Below, one piece after another: positions 49,858 to 59,241 of a stretch of 64,000 bases of DNA. The notes beneath the pieces are model-generated. The model did not search any database, was not told where the DNA came from, and saw nothing but the letters and a program-made list of their open reading frames with translations. The DNA lies in assembly GCA_963781885.1 (NCBI GenBank), contig CAWAHW010000002.1, forward strand, positions 864,001 to 928,000, read 5' to 3'. The translations under genes and the position numbers were made by a program. This stretch comes from an uncultured Spirochaetota bacterium (GTDB lineage: Bacteria; Spirochaetota; Spirochaetia; SZUA-6; Fen-1364). How positions within the stretch are numbered: the stretch's first letter is position 1; each line of letters starts with the position of its first letter.

Positions 49858-50283
49858 ATGACAAGTGGAATGCCACGGCAGGCCCGGCGCACAAAGGTCG
49901 TGGACGGGAGGATGCAGTATCGCATCATCGCCGTGCTCCTGGCGACCATCGTCGGTGGGCTGCTTCTCTTTGGCGTCGTGGTCGGGCTGATTGCCTTGTG
50001 GGCGCGCGGCACCGGGCAGGGCCCTCTGGGACCGGAGCTCCGCCGCATCCTTCCCGCGCTCCTGGTGAACGACCTTCTCATCATGATCCTCCTCATCATC
50101 GTGGGCATCGTCATGACGCACAGGATCGCGGGGCCGGCGTTCCGCATGGAGGCAGACATCGACCGCGCGCTGGCGGGCGAGCGCGGCGTCCGCGTCCGTC
50201 TGCGCCGGGGCGATGCGCACGCGGATCTCGCGGAAAAGGTCAACCAGCTCCTTGAGCGTATCGACGACGCGCACCAGGGCTGA
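49858..50283 (+). CDS. Small two-TM membrane protein with HAMP-like C-terminus
   Basis: Two TMs then THRIAGP..R......LR.GD...LA..VN. Confidence 0.65.
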   Translation: MTSGMPRQARRTKVVDGRMQYRIIAVLLATIVGGLLLFGVVVGLIALWARGTGQGPLGPELRRILPALLVNDLLIMILLIIVGIVMTHRIAGPAFRMEADIDRALAGERGVRVRLRRGDAHADLAEKVNQLLERIDDAHQG

Positions 50284-51315
50284 TCAGCCCCTCCATCCCT
50301 ACACGCGGAAATACCTCGGCTCCAAGCGGCAGCTCAAGGACTGGCTGGCGCAGACCATGATCGCGCGCGCGGGTCTGCCGCGCTCGTTCCTGGACGGCTT
50401 CTGCGGCACTGGCGCGGTGGGTATTGCAATGGCCGGACGCGGCGTACCGCGCGTGGTGGCCGTGGACAGCCTGCGGTCCAACTGCGCCATCCTGCGCGGC
50501 TTCACGCGGGAGAGCCCCCGGATCGGGGAGCTGATGCGCGCGCTCAATGAGCTTCCCCCGCGGTCGGGGTATATCACCCGCGGCTTTGCCGGCACCTACT
50601 TCACGGAATCCAACTGCGCGCGCATGGACGCGGTGAGGGAGGGCATCGCCGAGCATGGCCGCGCGCGGGGAGATCACCGAGGTCGAGCACGACATCCTCC
50701 TTGCGAGCTTTCTTCTTGCCGCGGACAGGGTTGCCAACACGCTCGGGCAATACGACGCATTCATGAAAAACATCGCCGGCAGCAGCATGGTCGACGGGCG
50801 GCATGTCGTGGACGAGCGCGTCCAGACGGCCTTTGCCCTGCGTCCGCTGGATCCGCTGCCCGGTGGGGTTGAGGTCATCGAAGAGGACATGCTTTCCGCC
50901 GCGGCGCACATCGAGGCGGATGTCGCCTATCTGGATCCGCCGTACAATCACCGGCAGTACTGCGACAATTACCACGTGCTGGAGAATCTGGCCCGCTGGG
51001 AGAAGCCGCCCCTTTCCGGCAAGACGCGGAAGTTCGACCGCACGGGGCTGAAGAGCCCGTTCTCAAGGCGCGGCAAGGCTGCCGAGGCGCTGCGGGTGCT
51101 GGTGGCGCGGGTACGCGCTCCGCACATATTCCTCTCCTACAGCTCGGAGGGCATCCTGCAGCGGACGGAGATCGAGGCCATTCTCTCGGCACGCGGCGAC
51201 GCTCTGGTGCTCTGAAATTCCCTACCCCGTCTTCGGCAACGGAGCCGGGGTGTCTGCCCGGCGCACGGTCACCGAGCTCCTCTTCCATCTTTCCGTGAAA
51301 GGCGCGGCCTCATGA
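50252..51315 (+). CDS. DNA adenine methyltransferase, Dam/D12-like (frameshifts at ~50650 and ~51212; start uncertain)
   Basis: YLGSK, DGFCGTG (motif I), YLDPPY (motif IV), NYHVLE, LSYS spread over three frames. Confidence 0.82.
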
Positions 51316-52170
51316 GAAGGGCCAAGAGGGAGCTGGTCGACGCCGATGGAAAGTCGCGCGGCTACTATTCCGAGGACAACGCGGTCAATGACCTTACGGG
51401 TCGCGAGTGGGTCTTCTGGACGCGCTCGGTCATCACGAAGCCGTATCCGCCAAACATGCAGCACAAGCTGCGCAGCGAGCACGGCGGCCAGAAGCCGCCC
51501 GAGCTCTGCGCGGACCTCCTGCGCGTCTTCACGAAAAAGGGGCAGACGGTGCTCGATCCTTTCATGGGCGTGGGCGGCGTGCTTGCTCGGTGCGAGCCTG
51601 GCAGGATGCGGCGCGGTCGGCGTGGAGATCAATCCCCGGTGGATCGAGATTTACGGGGAGGTCTGCGCGAAGGAAGCCCTCGCACCCCAGCAGGTCATCC
51701 AGGCCGACGCGCGCGTGGCCCTGCGGGAAATGGCGGGCCAGTCATTCGACTGCATCCTCACCGACGTCCCGTACTGGACGATGGATACCGCCTCGCGCTC
51801 GCGCGGCACGTACAAGAAGGTGGGCCAGGAGGCCCGGCCCGTACGCGCGAGCAAGCTGTCGTCATTCGGGACCCCCTATGGCAGCAAGGCCGAATGGTTG
51901 GAGGCGATGGCGGAGGTCTTCACGCTCGCCGCGGGCATGCTGCGCATGCGTGGGTACCTGCTCACATTCATCGGCGACATGTACCGGGACAACTGTTACC
52001 ACTGCCTCTCCGCCGACCTTGCAGGGGCGCTGTCGGCCATTCCCGGTCTTGTCTGGAAGGCAAACCTCGTCTGGTACGACGTGTCGAAGAAGCTGCACCT
52101 CTACGGCTACCAGTACTCCTACATCCCTTCGCTGATCCACCAGAACATACTCGTGTTCCGCAAGGAATGA
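51312..52170 (+). CDS. N6/N4 DNA methyltransferase family protein (frameshift at ~51585)
   Basis: HGGQKPPEL, VLDPFMGVG (motif I), GVEIN, TDVPYW (motif IV variant), HQNILVFRK. Confidence 0.78.
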
Positions 52171-52241
52171 CGGCGCGCGGCAGCCTCCAGCGGCGCCAAT
52201 GCCGCGAACTGAACTTTATGGACCCGCCTGTCGATGGAAGG

Positions 52242-52658
52242 ATGATGACCATCCGCCATATGCTCACCGTCGCCGTCGCGGCGTTCGTCCTCAGTCTGTC
52301 CGTCGGCGCCCAGACGGCCCCGCTGGTGCCGGCAACGCCATCAGTGGACACCAAGGGCCCGCCGAACGGCGTGGTCGAGCTGGACCGCAACGGGGACGGG
52401 CAAATCGACTATCGGGTCATCTACGATCAGGCGGGAGTCGTTGCGCGGGAAGAGATGGACTTCAACTTCGACGGCAAAATGGATACATTCTATTATTACA
52501 AAAGCGGGGTGCTCCAAAGGGTCGAGATCGATTCGAAGAACACCGGCAAGATAGATATCTGGGTCTACCTGCTCGATGGGAAGTACGTCCAGCGCTACGA
52601 GCGGGATACCGACGGGGACGGGAAGCCGGACCTCGTGCGCACATTCAACGGGGGTTGA
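52242..52658 (+). CDS. Exported protein with DxDxDG-like Ca-binding hairpin repeats
   Basis: Signal peptide; DRNGDGQID, DFNFDGKMD, DSKNTGKID, DTDGDGKPD. Confidence 0.72.
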   Translation: MMTIRHMLTVAVAAFVLSLSVGAQTAPLVPATPSVDTKGPPNGVVELDRNGDGQIDYRVIYDQAGVVAREEMDFNFDGKMDTFYYYKSGVLQRVEIDSKNTGKIDIWVYLLDGKYVQRYERDTDGDGKPDLVRTFNGG

Positions 52659-52661
52659 TCG

Positions 52662-53405
52662 TTGCCCGAGCATGTTTTCGGCTTTCATTCCATAGAGGAG
52701 GCGCTGCAGAAGAGCGCCGGCACCTCCACGCTCCTTCTTTCCCGGGAGAGCCCGCGTATCGGCCAGATACGCCAGCTCGCGGAGAAAAAAGGCGTGCCGA
52801 TCTCCGAGGTGGAGGACGGCGAGCTCACGCGGCTCTGCGGATCGGAGGCGCACCGCGGCGCGCTGCTCGTCATCGAAAGGCCCTCCGCGTCCCAGAAATC
52901 CAGCCTCAAGCATCTGTTGCGCGGCGTGGAGGGGGAGACGGCTCTCGTGCTCGTGCTGGACGGCATCACCGACCCGCAGAATCTCGGCGCGATCCTCAGG
53001 TCCGCCGACCAGTTCCGCGTCGACATCGTGGTGATCCCTTCGCGCCGTTCCGCGCAGGAGAACCAGACCGTGAGCAAGGTGTCCTCCGGCGCCAGCGAGT
53101 ACATCCCGCTGGCGGTCGTGCCGAACATCGCCGCGGCCCTTGAGATGCTGAAGGAGAGCGGCTTCTGGATTTTCGGCGCCGATGCGGAAGGCGAGCTCAC
53201 CGACGGCCTGGACCTGAAGGGGAAGGTGTGCATCGTCATGGGCAGCGAGGGGGCAGGGCTGCACCGACTCGTGCGTGAAAAATGCGATTTCCTCGTGAGC
53301 ATTCCCGCGGCGGGTCACGTGGACTCTTTCAACGTTTCGGTGGCAGCCGGGATCCTTCTCTTCGAAGCGCGCCGCCAGCAGGGTTTTCCGCACATCAACG
53401 CATAA
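52662..53405 (+). CDS. rlmB: 23S rRNA (Gm2251) methyltransferase, SpoU family
   Basis: LDGITDPQNLGAILRSA, GSEGAGL, SFNVSVAAG. Confidence 0.93.
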   Translation: MPEHVFGFHSIEEALQKSAGTSTLLLSRESPRIGQIRQLAEKKGVPISEVEDGELTRLCGSEAHRGALLVIERPSASQKSSLKHLLRGVEGETALVLVLDGITDPQNLGAILRSADQFRVDIVVIPSRRSAQENQTVSKVSSGASEYIPLAVVPNIAAALEMLKESGFWIFGADAEGELTDGLDLKGKVCIVMGSEGAGLHRLVREKCDFLVSIPAAGHVDSFNVSVAAGILLFEARRQQGFPHINA

Positions 53406-53422
53406 TTTTTTTCCCAAAGTAC

Positions 53423-53468
53423 TGGACAGTTGCACGATACCGTGCTACATTAAAACCGACCGGTCGGT
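53423..53468 (+). promoter_or_regulatory. Promoter plus palindromic TetR-type operator
   Basis: TGGACA-N17-TACATT (53423-53451); perfect palindrome ACCGACCGGTCGGT (53455-53468) over the predicted start site. Confidence 0.75.
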
Positions 53469-53492
53469 CTGTTTTCGCTGGAGAGAGGAAAA

Positions 53493-54110
53493 ATGCAAGT
53501 CAGAAGCGAAGAGACGCGCAACAAGATAATCCAGAGCAGCGTGAAGCTCTTCGCGGACAAGGGCTATGACGCAACGGGCGTCGCGGAGATCTGCGATGCC
53601 TCTGAGGTCAGCAAGGGCGCTTTTTATCACCACTTTCCCAGCAAGCAGTCGCTCTTCGTCGAGCTGCTGAGGGACTGGCTCAACGGGCTCGACGTGGAGC
53701 TGGGGCTTGTCATGAGCAAGGCACGCAGCGTGCCGGAAGGGCTGACCGCCATGGCGGGAGAGACCCGGGGCGTGTTCAGCGGCGCGGACGCCAGGATACA
53801 GCTCTTCTTCGAGTTCTGGCACCAGGCGCGGCGTGACCCTGAAATCTGGAAGGAGTTCATCGCTCCCTATCGACGCTACCAGGACTATTTTGCCGGCATC
53901 GTGGAGAAGGGGATCGCGGAGGGCTCCATCAAGCGAGTCGACGCGAAGGCCGCGGGACAAACGCTCGTTGCGCTGGCCCTCGGCATCGTCATCCAGGGCG
54001 TCGTGGATCCCACGGGCGCTTCGTGGGACCGGGTGATGAGGGATGCGGTTCATTTCCTTCTCACGGGAATATCGAAATCAACCCCTGCGGCAACGCAGGA
54101 GGGGAGGTAG
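53493..54110 (+). CDS. TetR/AcrR family transcriptional regulator
   Basis: LFADKGY..T.V.EI......SKGAFYHHFPSK. Confidence 0.95.
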   Translation: MQVRSEETRNKIIQSSVKLFADKGYDATGVAEICDASEVSKGAFYHHFPSKQSLFVELLRDWLNGLDVELGLVMSKARSVPEGLTAMAGETRGVFSGADARIQLFFEFWHQARRDPEIWKEFIAPYRRYQDYFAGIVEKGIAEGSIKRVDAKAAGQTLVALALGIVIQGVVDPTGASWDRVMRDAVHFLLTGISKSTPAATQEGR

Positions 54111-54113
54111 GCT

Positions 54114-55952
54114 ATGGTTCTGGTGACAGGGGCCGCGGGCCATGTGGGAACGGCATTGGTGCGGGAGCTGGTCGGCCGCGGAGAGAAGGTCCGCGTGTTC
54201 GTCCTTCCCGACGAGGATATCTCGAGTCTCAATGGCATCCCGCTTGAAGTGGTGAAAGGCAATGTCCTGGACAGGGAATCCCTGCGCGCCGCGATGGCGG
54301 ACATCAACGTCGTCTATCACCTTGCCGGCATCATCTCGATCATGCCGGGGCGCAACGCCCGCATGCGGCAGGTCAATGTGGTCGGCACGTCGAACGTGGC
54401 GCGGGTTTCGCGCGAGTCCGGTGTCCGGCGCATGGTGTACGTGAGCTCCATCCACGCCCTGTCCCGGCCCCGCAAGGGCATCGCCATCACGGAAGGCGTC
54501 CACTTCGATCCGCACAACGCGGCAGGAGAATACGATCAGACCAAGGCGGAAGCATCCCTCGCGGTGCTCGCCGAGGTGGAGAAGGGTCTGGATGCGGTGA
54601 TCGTATGCCCCACGGGCATCATCGGGCCGTACCACTACCGCGGGGGCTCCCCTATGAGCAGCCAGATGCGCACGTGGATGAAGCCGGGATGGCATCTCAC
54701 GATAAACGGGCATTTCAACTTCGTCGACGTGCGGGACGTCGCGCGCGGCATGGTACTGGCCGCGGCGCGCGGCAGGAAGGGAGAGGCGTACATCCTTCGA
54801 GGCGCGCGCATCTCCGTGGCGGATCTCCTGAGGATGGTGCGCCAGGTCACCGGCCGGAAAGGCGTCGACATCCTCGTGCCCTTCCGCCTTGCGCTTTTCG
54901 GCGCATCGTTTTCCGCCATCCATGCGCGGCTGTGGAAGACCCGGGTTCGTTTCACCCGATACGCGCTGGAAACACTGGCGAGCAACTCGGACATCTGCGG
55001 GGATAAGGCAGCGCGTGAGCTTGGCTATGTGCCCCGGCCCATCGTTGAGACGGTCACGGAAACCGTCCGCTGGCTGGCGGACAATCCCGAGCAGCCGATG
55101 CAGGTCGCGGCCCCCGCGCCGCGCACGGCGTCCGTCGCTGCCCGTCCCGTCGTGAAGGGCCGGCCGCGCGTCGCCGTGGTGACGGGTGCCTCCAGCGGCA
55201 TCGGGGCGGTGACGGCCCAGAGTCTTGCCGCGCTCGGCTACCGCGTCCTGCTCGTGGCGCGCAGCCGGGAGAAGCTCCAGGGGGTCGCGGGGTCGATCGA
55301 GGCGGCCGGCGGTGAGGCGGAAGTTCTCGCGGTGGACCTTGCGCGCCCCGAAGGCGTCCGCGCCGTCTACGACCGCGTCATCGAGCGCGGCGAGGGAATA
55401 GACGTCCTGGTCAACAATGCCGGCTTCGGCTGGTACGGGTACGCCTCGGACATGCCCGCCGACATCGTGCGGGAGATGATACAGGTCAACAACGAGGCGC
55501 TTGCGCAGCTCATCATGATGTTCCTGCCGCTCATGCGGGGCAGGGGCCAGGGTCACGTCATCAACGTCAGCTCCATCGTCGGCGGCTTCCCCAGCCCCTG
55601 GGCGGCGCTGTACTCGGCAACGAAGTCCTTCATCGACTCGCTCTCCACGGCGCTCTATCGCGAGCACCGGGGCACGGGCGTGCATGTCTCCGCGGTGCGG
55701 CCCGGCCCTGTCGTGACGGACTTCTACCGCGCCGTCACGCAGAGATCGCAGGGCCGATCGATACCCGTCGGACGCTCATCCGTCCGTCCCGAGGTGGTGG
55801 CCGCGGCGATCGTCAACCTGCTGCGCAGGCCGCGGCGCGCCGTGTACGTGCCGCGCAGGTTCAGCGTCCTTCCGTGGGTCGAGCTGGGATTCGGCTGGCT
55901 GTACGACCGGGTGGCGGGCATCCTCCTGCGGCGGCAGGGCTCGCAGGCATAG
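54114..55952 (+). CDS. Fusion of extended SDR (NAD-dependent epimerase/dehydratase) and classical SDR
   Basis: Domain 1: VTGAAGHVG, HLAG, YDQTK, VDVRDVA. Domain 2: VTGASSGIG, NNAG, NVSS, YSATK, PGPV.T. Confidence 0.88.
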   Translation: MVLVTGAAGHVGTALVRELVGRGEKVRVFVLPDEDISSLNGIPLEVVKGNVLDRESLRAAMADINVVYHLAGIISIMPGRNARMRQVNVVGTSNVARVSRESGVRRMVYVSSIHALSRPRKGIAITEGVHFDPHNAAGEYDQTKAEASLAVLAEVEKGLDAVIVCPTGIIGPYHYRGGSPMSSQMRTWMKPGWHLTINGHFNFVDVRDVARGMVLAAARGRKGEAYILRGARISVADLLRMVRQVTGRKGVDILVPFRLALFGASFSAIHARLWKTRVRFTRYALETLASNSDICGDKAARELGYVPRPIVETVTETVRWLADNPEQPMQVAAPAPRTASVAARPVVKGRPRVAVVTGASSGIGAVTAQSLAALGYRVLLVARSREKLQGVAGSIEAAGGEAEVLAVDLARPEGVRAVYDRVIERGEGIDVLVNNAGFGWYGYASDMPADIVREMIQVNNEALAQLIMMFLPLMRGRGQGHVINVSSIVGGFPSPWAALYSATKSFIDSLSTALYREHRGTGVHVSAVRPGPVVTDFYRAVTQRSQGRSIPVGRSSVRPEVVAAAIVNLLRRPRRAVYVPRRFSVLPWVELGFGWLYDRVAGILLRRQGSQA

Positions 55953-55975
55953 GCGCGGGCCGGGGCCGACAACAC

Positions 55976-56383
55976 TCACTCCCGGTCGGTGCGGAGTATG
56001 CGCTCGGCAAGCAGGACAGCGTTGAGCACTCCCTGCTTGCCGATGCCCATGGTGGCCACGGGCACGCCGCGGGGGAGCTGCAGGATGGAGAGAAGCGCGT
56101 CGATGCCGGAGAGCGAGCCCGACACCAAAGGTATGCCGATGACGGGCAGCTCCACGAGTGACGCAACAATGCCCGGCAGGGCCGCCGAAAGACCGGCAGC
56201 CGCAATGACGATCCTGTAGGAAGCAGCCTCCTGCCTCAGAAAATCGACCAGTTGCTCGAGGTTGCGGTGCGCGGAGAGCACCTTGAGCTCGAAGCTCATT
56301 CCCTTTTCCGACATGAGCTCGAGCCCCGGCTCCATCGCCGGCGTATCGGATTCCGACCCGATGATGACAAGCACATCTTTCAT
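55976..56383 (-). CDS. purE: AIR carboxylase family protein PurE
   Basis: GSESD, SAHR, LPG, PVIG.P, P.GVPVAT, NA. Confidence 0.93.
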   Translation of the reverse strand: MKDVLVIIGSESDTPAMEPGLELMSEKGMSFELKVLSAHRNLEQLVDFLRQEAASYRIVIAAAGLSAALPGIVASLVELPVIGIPLVSGSLSGIDALLSILQLPRGVPVATMGIGKQGVLNAVLLAERILRTDRE

Positions 56384-57657
56384 GGCATTCCTCCGAAAAA
56401 CTTCCTCCCGATATCGCGTCGAAACCATGCCCCGTCGAAGCTGACGCGTTCCGCTGCCCGGTAGGCATTTCGGGAAGCTTCCACGAGGTCGCGGCCCGTC
56501 CCGACGGCGGTGAAACACCTTCCGCCGCCCGTGCGGATGTCGCCGTCAGGGCCTCTGACCGTGCCCGCGTGAAAAAGCACCGCGTCGGTGCCGGCGAAAT
56601 CAGGGAGAGGCGCCACCCGCGCGCCTTTTTCCGGGTTGTCGGGGTAGCCCCTGCTCGCCACAACGACGCCGAGCGCGGCGCCCGGCGCGCCCGCAGGCGA
56701 TGCAGCCCGGCCTGAATGCTCCGCCAGCGTCCCGCCCGCCATCGCTGCCACCAGCTCCCCGAGATCATGACCGAGCATGGGCATGAGGACCTGGGTCTCG
56801 GGGTCCCCGAACCTCGCGTTGAACTCGAGAAGCTTCGGCCCGGCCGCGGTGATCATGAGACCGAAATAGAGCACGCCGGCATAGCCCAGGCCCTCGCGCT
56901 TCAGCGCCGCATAAGTTGGCTCGACCACCTCCCGGCGGATGCGGTCCATCAGGCCGGCGTCCACCCACGGCACCGGGCAGATCGAGCCCATGCCTCCCGT
57001 GTTGGGACCCTTGTCCCCATCCAGGGCCTTCTTGAAATCCGTGCAGGGCGGCAGGACCATGAAATCCTTCCCGTCGCTCAGGCCGAATATGGAGACCTCC
57101 CAGCCTTCCAGGAACTCCTCGACGAGCAGGACGTCACTTTTCAGTATTGCGCGGCCGAATGGGACGAGGTCTTCCACGCGTGAGGACTCGAGCACGCCCT
57201 TGCCCGCCGCAAGACCGCTCTTCTTCACGACCAGGCGTCTGCCCTGCGCCGCGCGCACGCGGCTCTCAAACAGGAGAGGATCGGAGAACTCCTCCGCCAG
57301 AGCCGTGGGCAGCCCGTTTCTCTGCATGAAAGCCTTGGAAAATGACTTGCTCGATTCGAGGCGCGCCGCGCTGGCACAGGGACCGACGGCCGGGATCTTC
57401 TCCTGGGCAAGGTAATCCACGACGCCGTCCGCAAGCGGGCCCTCGGGGCCGACGAAAACGCAGTCGATGCGATTCACCCGGCAGGCATCGGCAATCGTGT
57501 CGAAGCGGGCAGGATTCACGTCGGGCAGATTCTGCGCGCAGGAGCCCGTTCCCGCATTGCCCGGGCCGACAAAAACCTTTTCGATGCTTTTCCCCCGCGC
57601 GAGCCTCCAGGCCAGGGCGTGCTCCCGGCCGCCCGACCCGAGCACGAGCACCCTCAT
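56380..57657 (-). CDS. purD: Phosphoribosylamine-glycine ligase
   Basis: GSGGREHAL, GLAAGKGV, GPNTGGMG, EFNARFGDPETQ. Confidence 0.98.
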   Translation of the reverse strand: MRVLVLGSGGREHALAWRLARGKSIEKVFVGPGNAGTGSCAQNLPDVNPARFDTIADACRVNRIDCVFVGPEGPLADGVVDYLAQEKIPAVGPCASAARLESSKSFSKAFMQRNGLPTALAEEFSDPLLFESRVRAAQGRRLVVKKSGLAAGKGVLESSRVEDLVPFGRAILKSDVLLVEEFLEGWEVSIFGLSDGKDFMVLPPCTDFKKALDGDKGPNTGGMGSICPVPWVDAGLMDRIRREVVEPTYAALKREGLGYAGVLYFGLMITAAGPKLLEFNARFGDPETQVLMPMLGHDLGELVAAMAGGTLAEHSGRAASPAGAPGAALGVVVASRGYPDNPEKGARVAPLPDFAGTDAVLFHAGTVRGPDGDIRTGGGRCFTAVGTGRDLVEASRNAYRAAERVSFDGAWFRRDIGRKFFGGMP

Positions 57658-58247
57658 GGACGCGCCCCCGACGCGCTCATCCCGTCAAGGCCATCCAGGA
57701 GCTCCAGGACGACGCGCGGGAACCATTCGTGCTCCAGCGCGTGGATGCGCTCTTCGATCTGCTCCCGGCTCTCCGTGTGCGCACGTGTGAAGGACTTCTG
57801 GAGCAGGATGGGCCCGGTGTCCACACCGGCATCGACCCTGATCACGGAGATGCCAAGCTCGGCATCGGCGGAACGGAAGCTCTCATCCAGCGCGTGCGCG
57901 CCGGGATATTTCGGCAGCAGGCTGGGGTGGAGATTCACGATGGGGCCCTTGAAGGCGTCGATGAACCACGGCGTCAAGAGCCTCATGAAGCCGGCGAGCG
58001 CCACCATGTCCACGCCGCGCCGCTCGAGGTGGCGCACGATCTTCTTCTCGATGACCTGGCGTTCCACGCCCTTGTAGCTCACCTCCACCGTCTGCACGCC
58101 CAGGCTCGTGGCGCGCTGGAGGACAGGAGCGCCCTCCACGTCGCAGAGGAGGAACTCGATGCCGTGACGGCGCGCCTGCAGGAGCGCCGCTGCCAGCGCG
58201 ACGAAGTTGCTCCCCGTGCCCGATGCAAAGACGGCAAGCCGCGCCAT
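57654..58247 (-). CDS. purN: Phosphoribosylglycinamide formyltransferase
   Basis: SGTGSN, LAGFMR, NLHPSLLP, DTGPI. Confidence 0.97.
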   Translation of the reverse strand: MARLAVFASGTGSNFVALAAALLQARRHGIEFLLCDVEGAPVLQRATSLGVQTVEVSYKGVERQVIEKKIVRHLERRGVDMVALAGFMRLLTPWFIDAFKGPIVNLHPSLLPKYPGAHALDESFRSADAELGISVIRVDAGVDTGPILLQKSFTRAHTESREQIEERIHALEHEWFPRVVLELLDGLDGMSASGARP

Positions 58248-59197
58248 CAGTCGAGCACTCCGATGTCCAGGAGCTCGAATCCCTCCTGCCGCGCCAGGGC
58301 GTGCAGCGCGCCGGCATCGGCGGCGTGGGCGATCATGGCGATGCCGACGCCGAGATTGAAGACGGAGCGCATCTCCTGGTTGGAGACATCGCCCGCCTTC
58401 CTGATCTTTTCAAAGATGGGGGGTACGGGCCAGTCGAATGTGAAGCGCGGCGTGCATTTATCCGGAATGACGCGCTGAAGGTTGCCGTAAAGCCCCCCAC
58501 CGGTAATGTGCGCCGCGGCGAGCAACTTCTTGGAGGCGATGAGCGCTCCCAGCTCGGTGGCGTAGATCCGGGTCGGGACGAGCATTTCCTGCCAGGCGGC
58601 CCGGTCGCTTTGCGGTATCGCCTTTCGCGCCAGCGACAGGCCGTTGGAATGTATGCCCGTCGAGGGCAGCCCCAGGATCACGTCACCTGCGCGGATCTCA
58701 TCCTTGCGCGGCAGCATGTTTGATTTCTCCGCGATCCCCACTGCGAAGCCCGCAAGATCGAAGTCCTCCGCGTCGTAAACGTCCGGCATCTCCGCGGTTT
58801 CCCCGCCCCCGAGGCTGCACCCTGCCAGCTCGCATCCCTTCACGATCCCCCGCATGAGCGCGTGCAGACGCGTCTCGTCGATCCTTCCGCAGGCGATGTA
58901 GTCCAGAAAAACCAGGGGGCGCGCGCCGCAGACAAGGAGATCGTTCACGTTCATCGCCACGAGGTCGATGCCGATCGTGTCATAGATGCCCAGCGCGCGC
59001 GCCACGAGCAGCTTCGTGCCGGTTCCGTCCGTCGTCGTCATGAGGACGGGCGAGGTGAAGCCAAGCGTGTCCAGGGCCAGGGCCGAGGAAAAGCCGCCGA
59101 TGCCGGCATCCACGGCCTTCGACTTGATGCTCTTGATGAAGTCGACGAACCGGTCGCCGCGGTCGATGTCCACCCCTGCTTCCTGGTAGGTCTTCAT
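58247..59197 (-). CDS. purM: Phosphoribosylformylglycinamidine cyclo-ligase
   Basis: Y..AGVDI, DGTGTK, GGETAEMP, HSNG, HITGGG. Confidence 0.98.
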   Translation of the reverse strand: MKTYQEAGVDIDRGDRFVDFIKSIKSKAVDAGIGGFSSALALDTLGFTSPVLMTTTDGTGTKLLVARALGIYDTIGIDLVAMNVNDLLVCGARPLVFLDYIACGRIDETRLHALMRGIVKGCELAGCSLGGGETAEMPDVYDAEDFDLAGFAVGIAEKSNMLPRKDEIRAGDVILGLPSTGIHSNGLSLARKAIPQSDRAAWQEMLVPTRIYATELGALIASKKLLAAAHITGGGLYGNLQRVIPDKCTPRFTFDWPVPPIFEKIRKAGDVSNQEMRSVFNLGVGIAMIAHAADAGALHALARQEGFELLDIGVLD

Positions 59198-59241
59198 GCG
59201 CGCTCCTTGAAGGCGATATCACCGGCGCGGGCCGGGCGGTC

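Noticed and set aside
51312-52658. 448-aa ORF joining an MTase N-terminus to the DxDxDG protein
   Set aside because: Chimera created by the frameshift at ~51585; the middle is off-frame nonsense and the last part has its own signal peptide.
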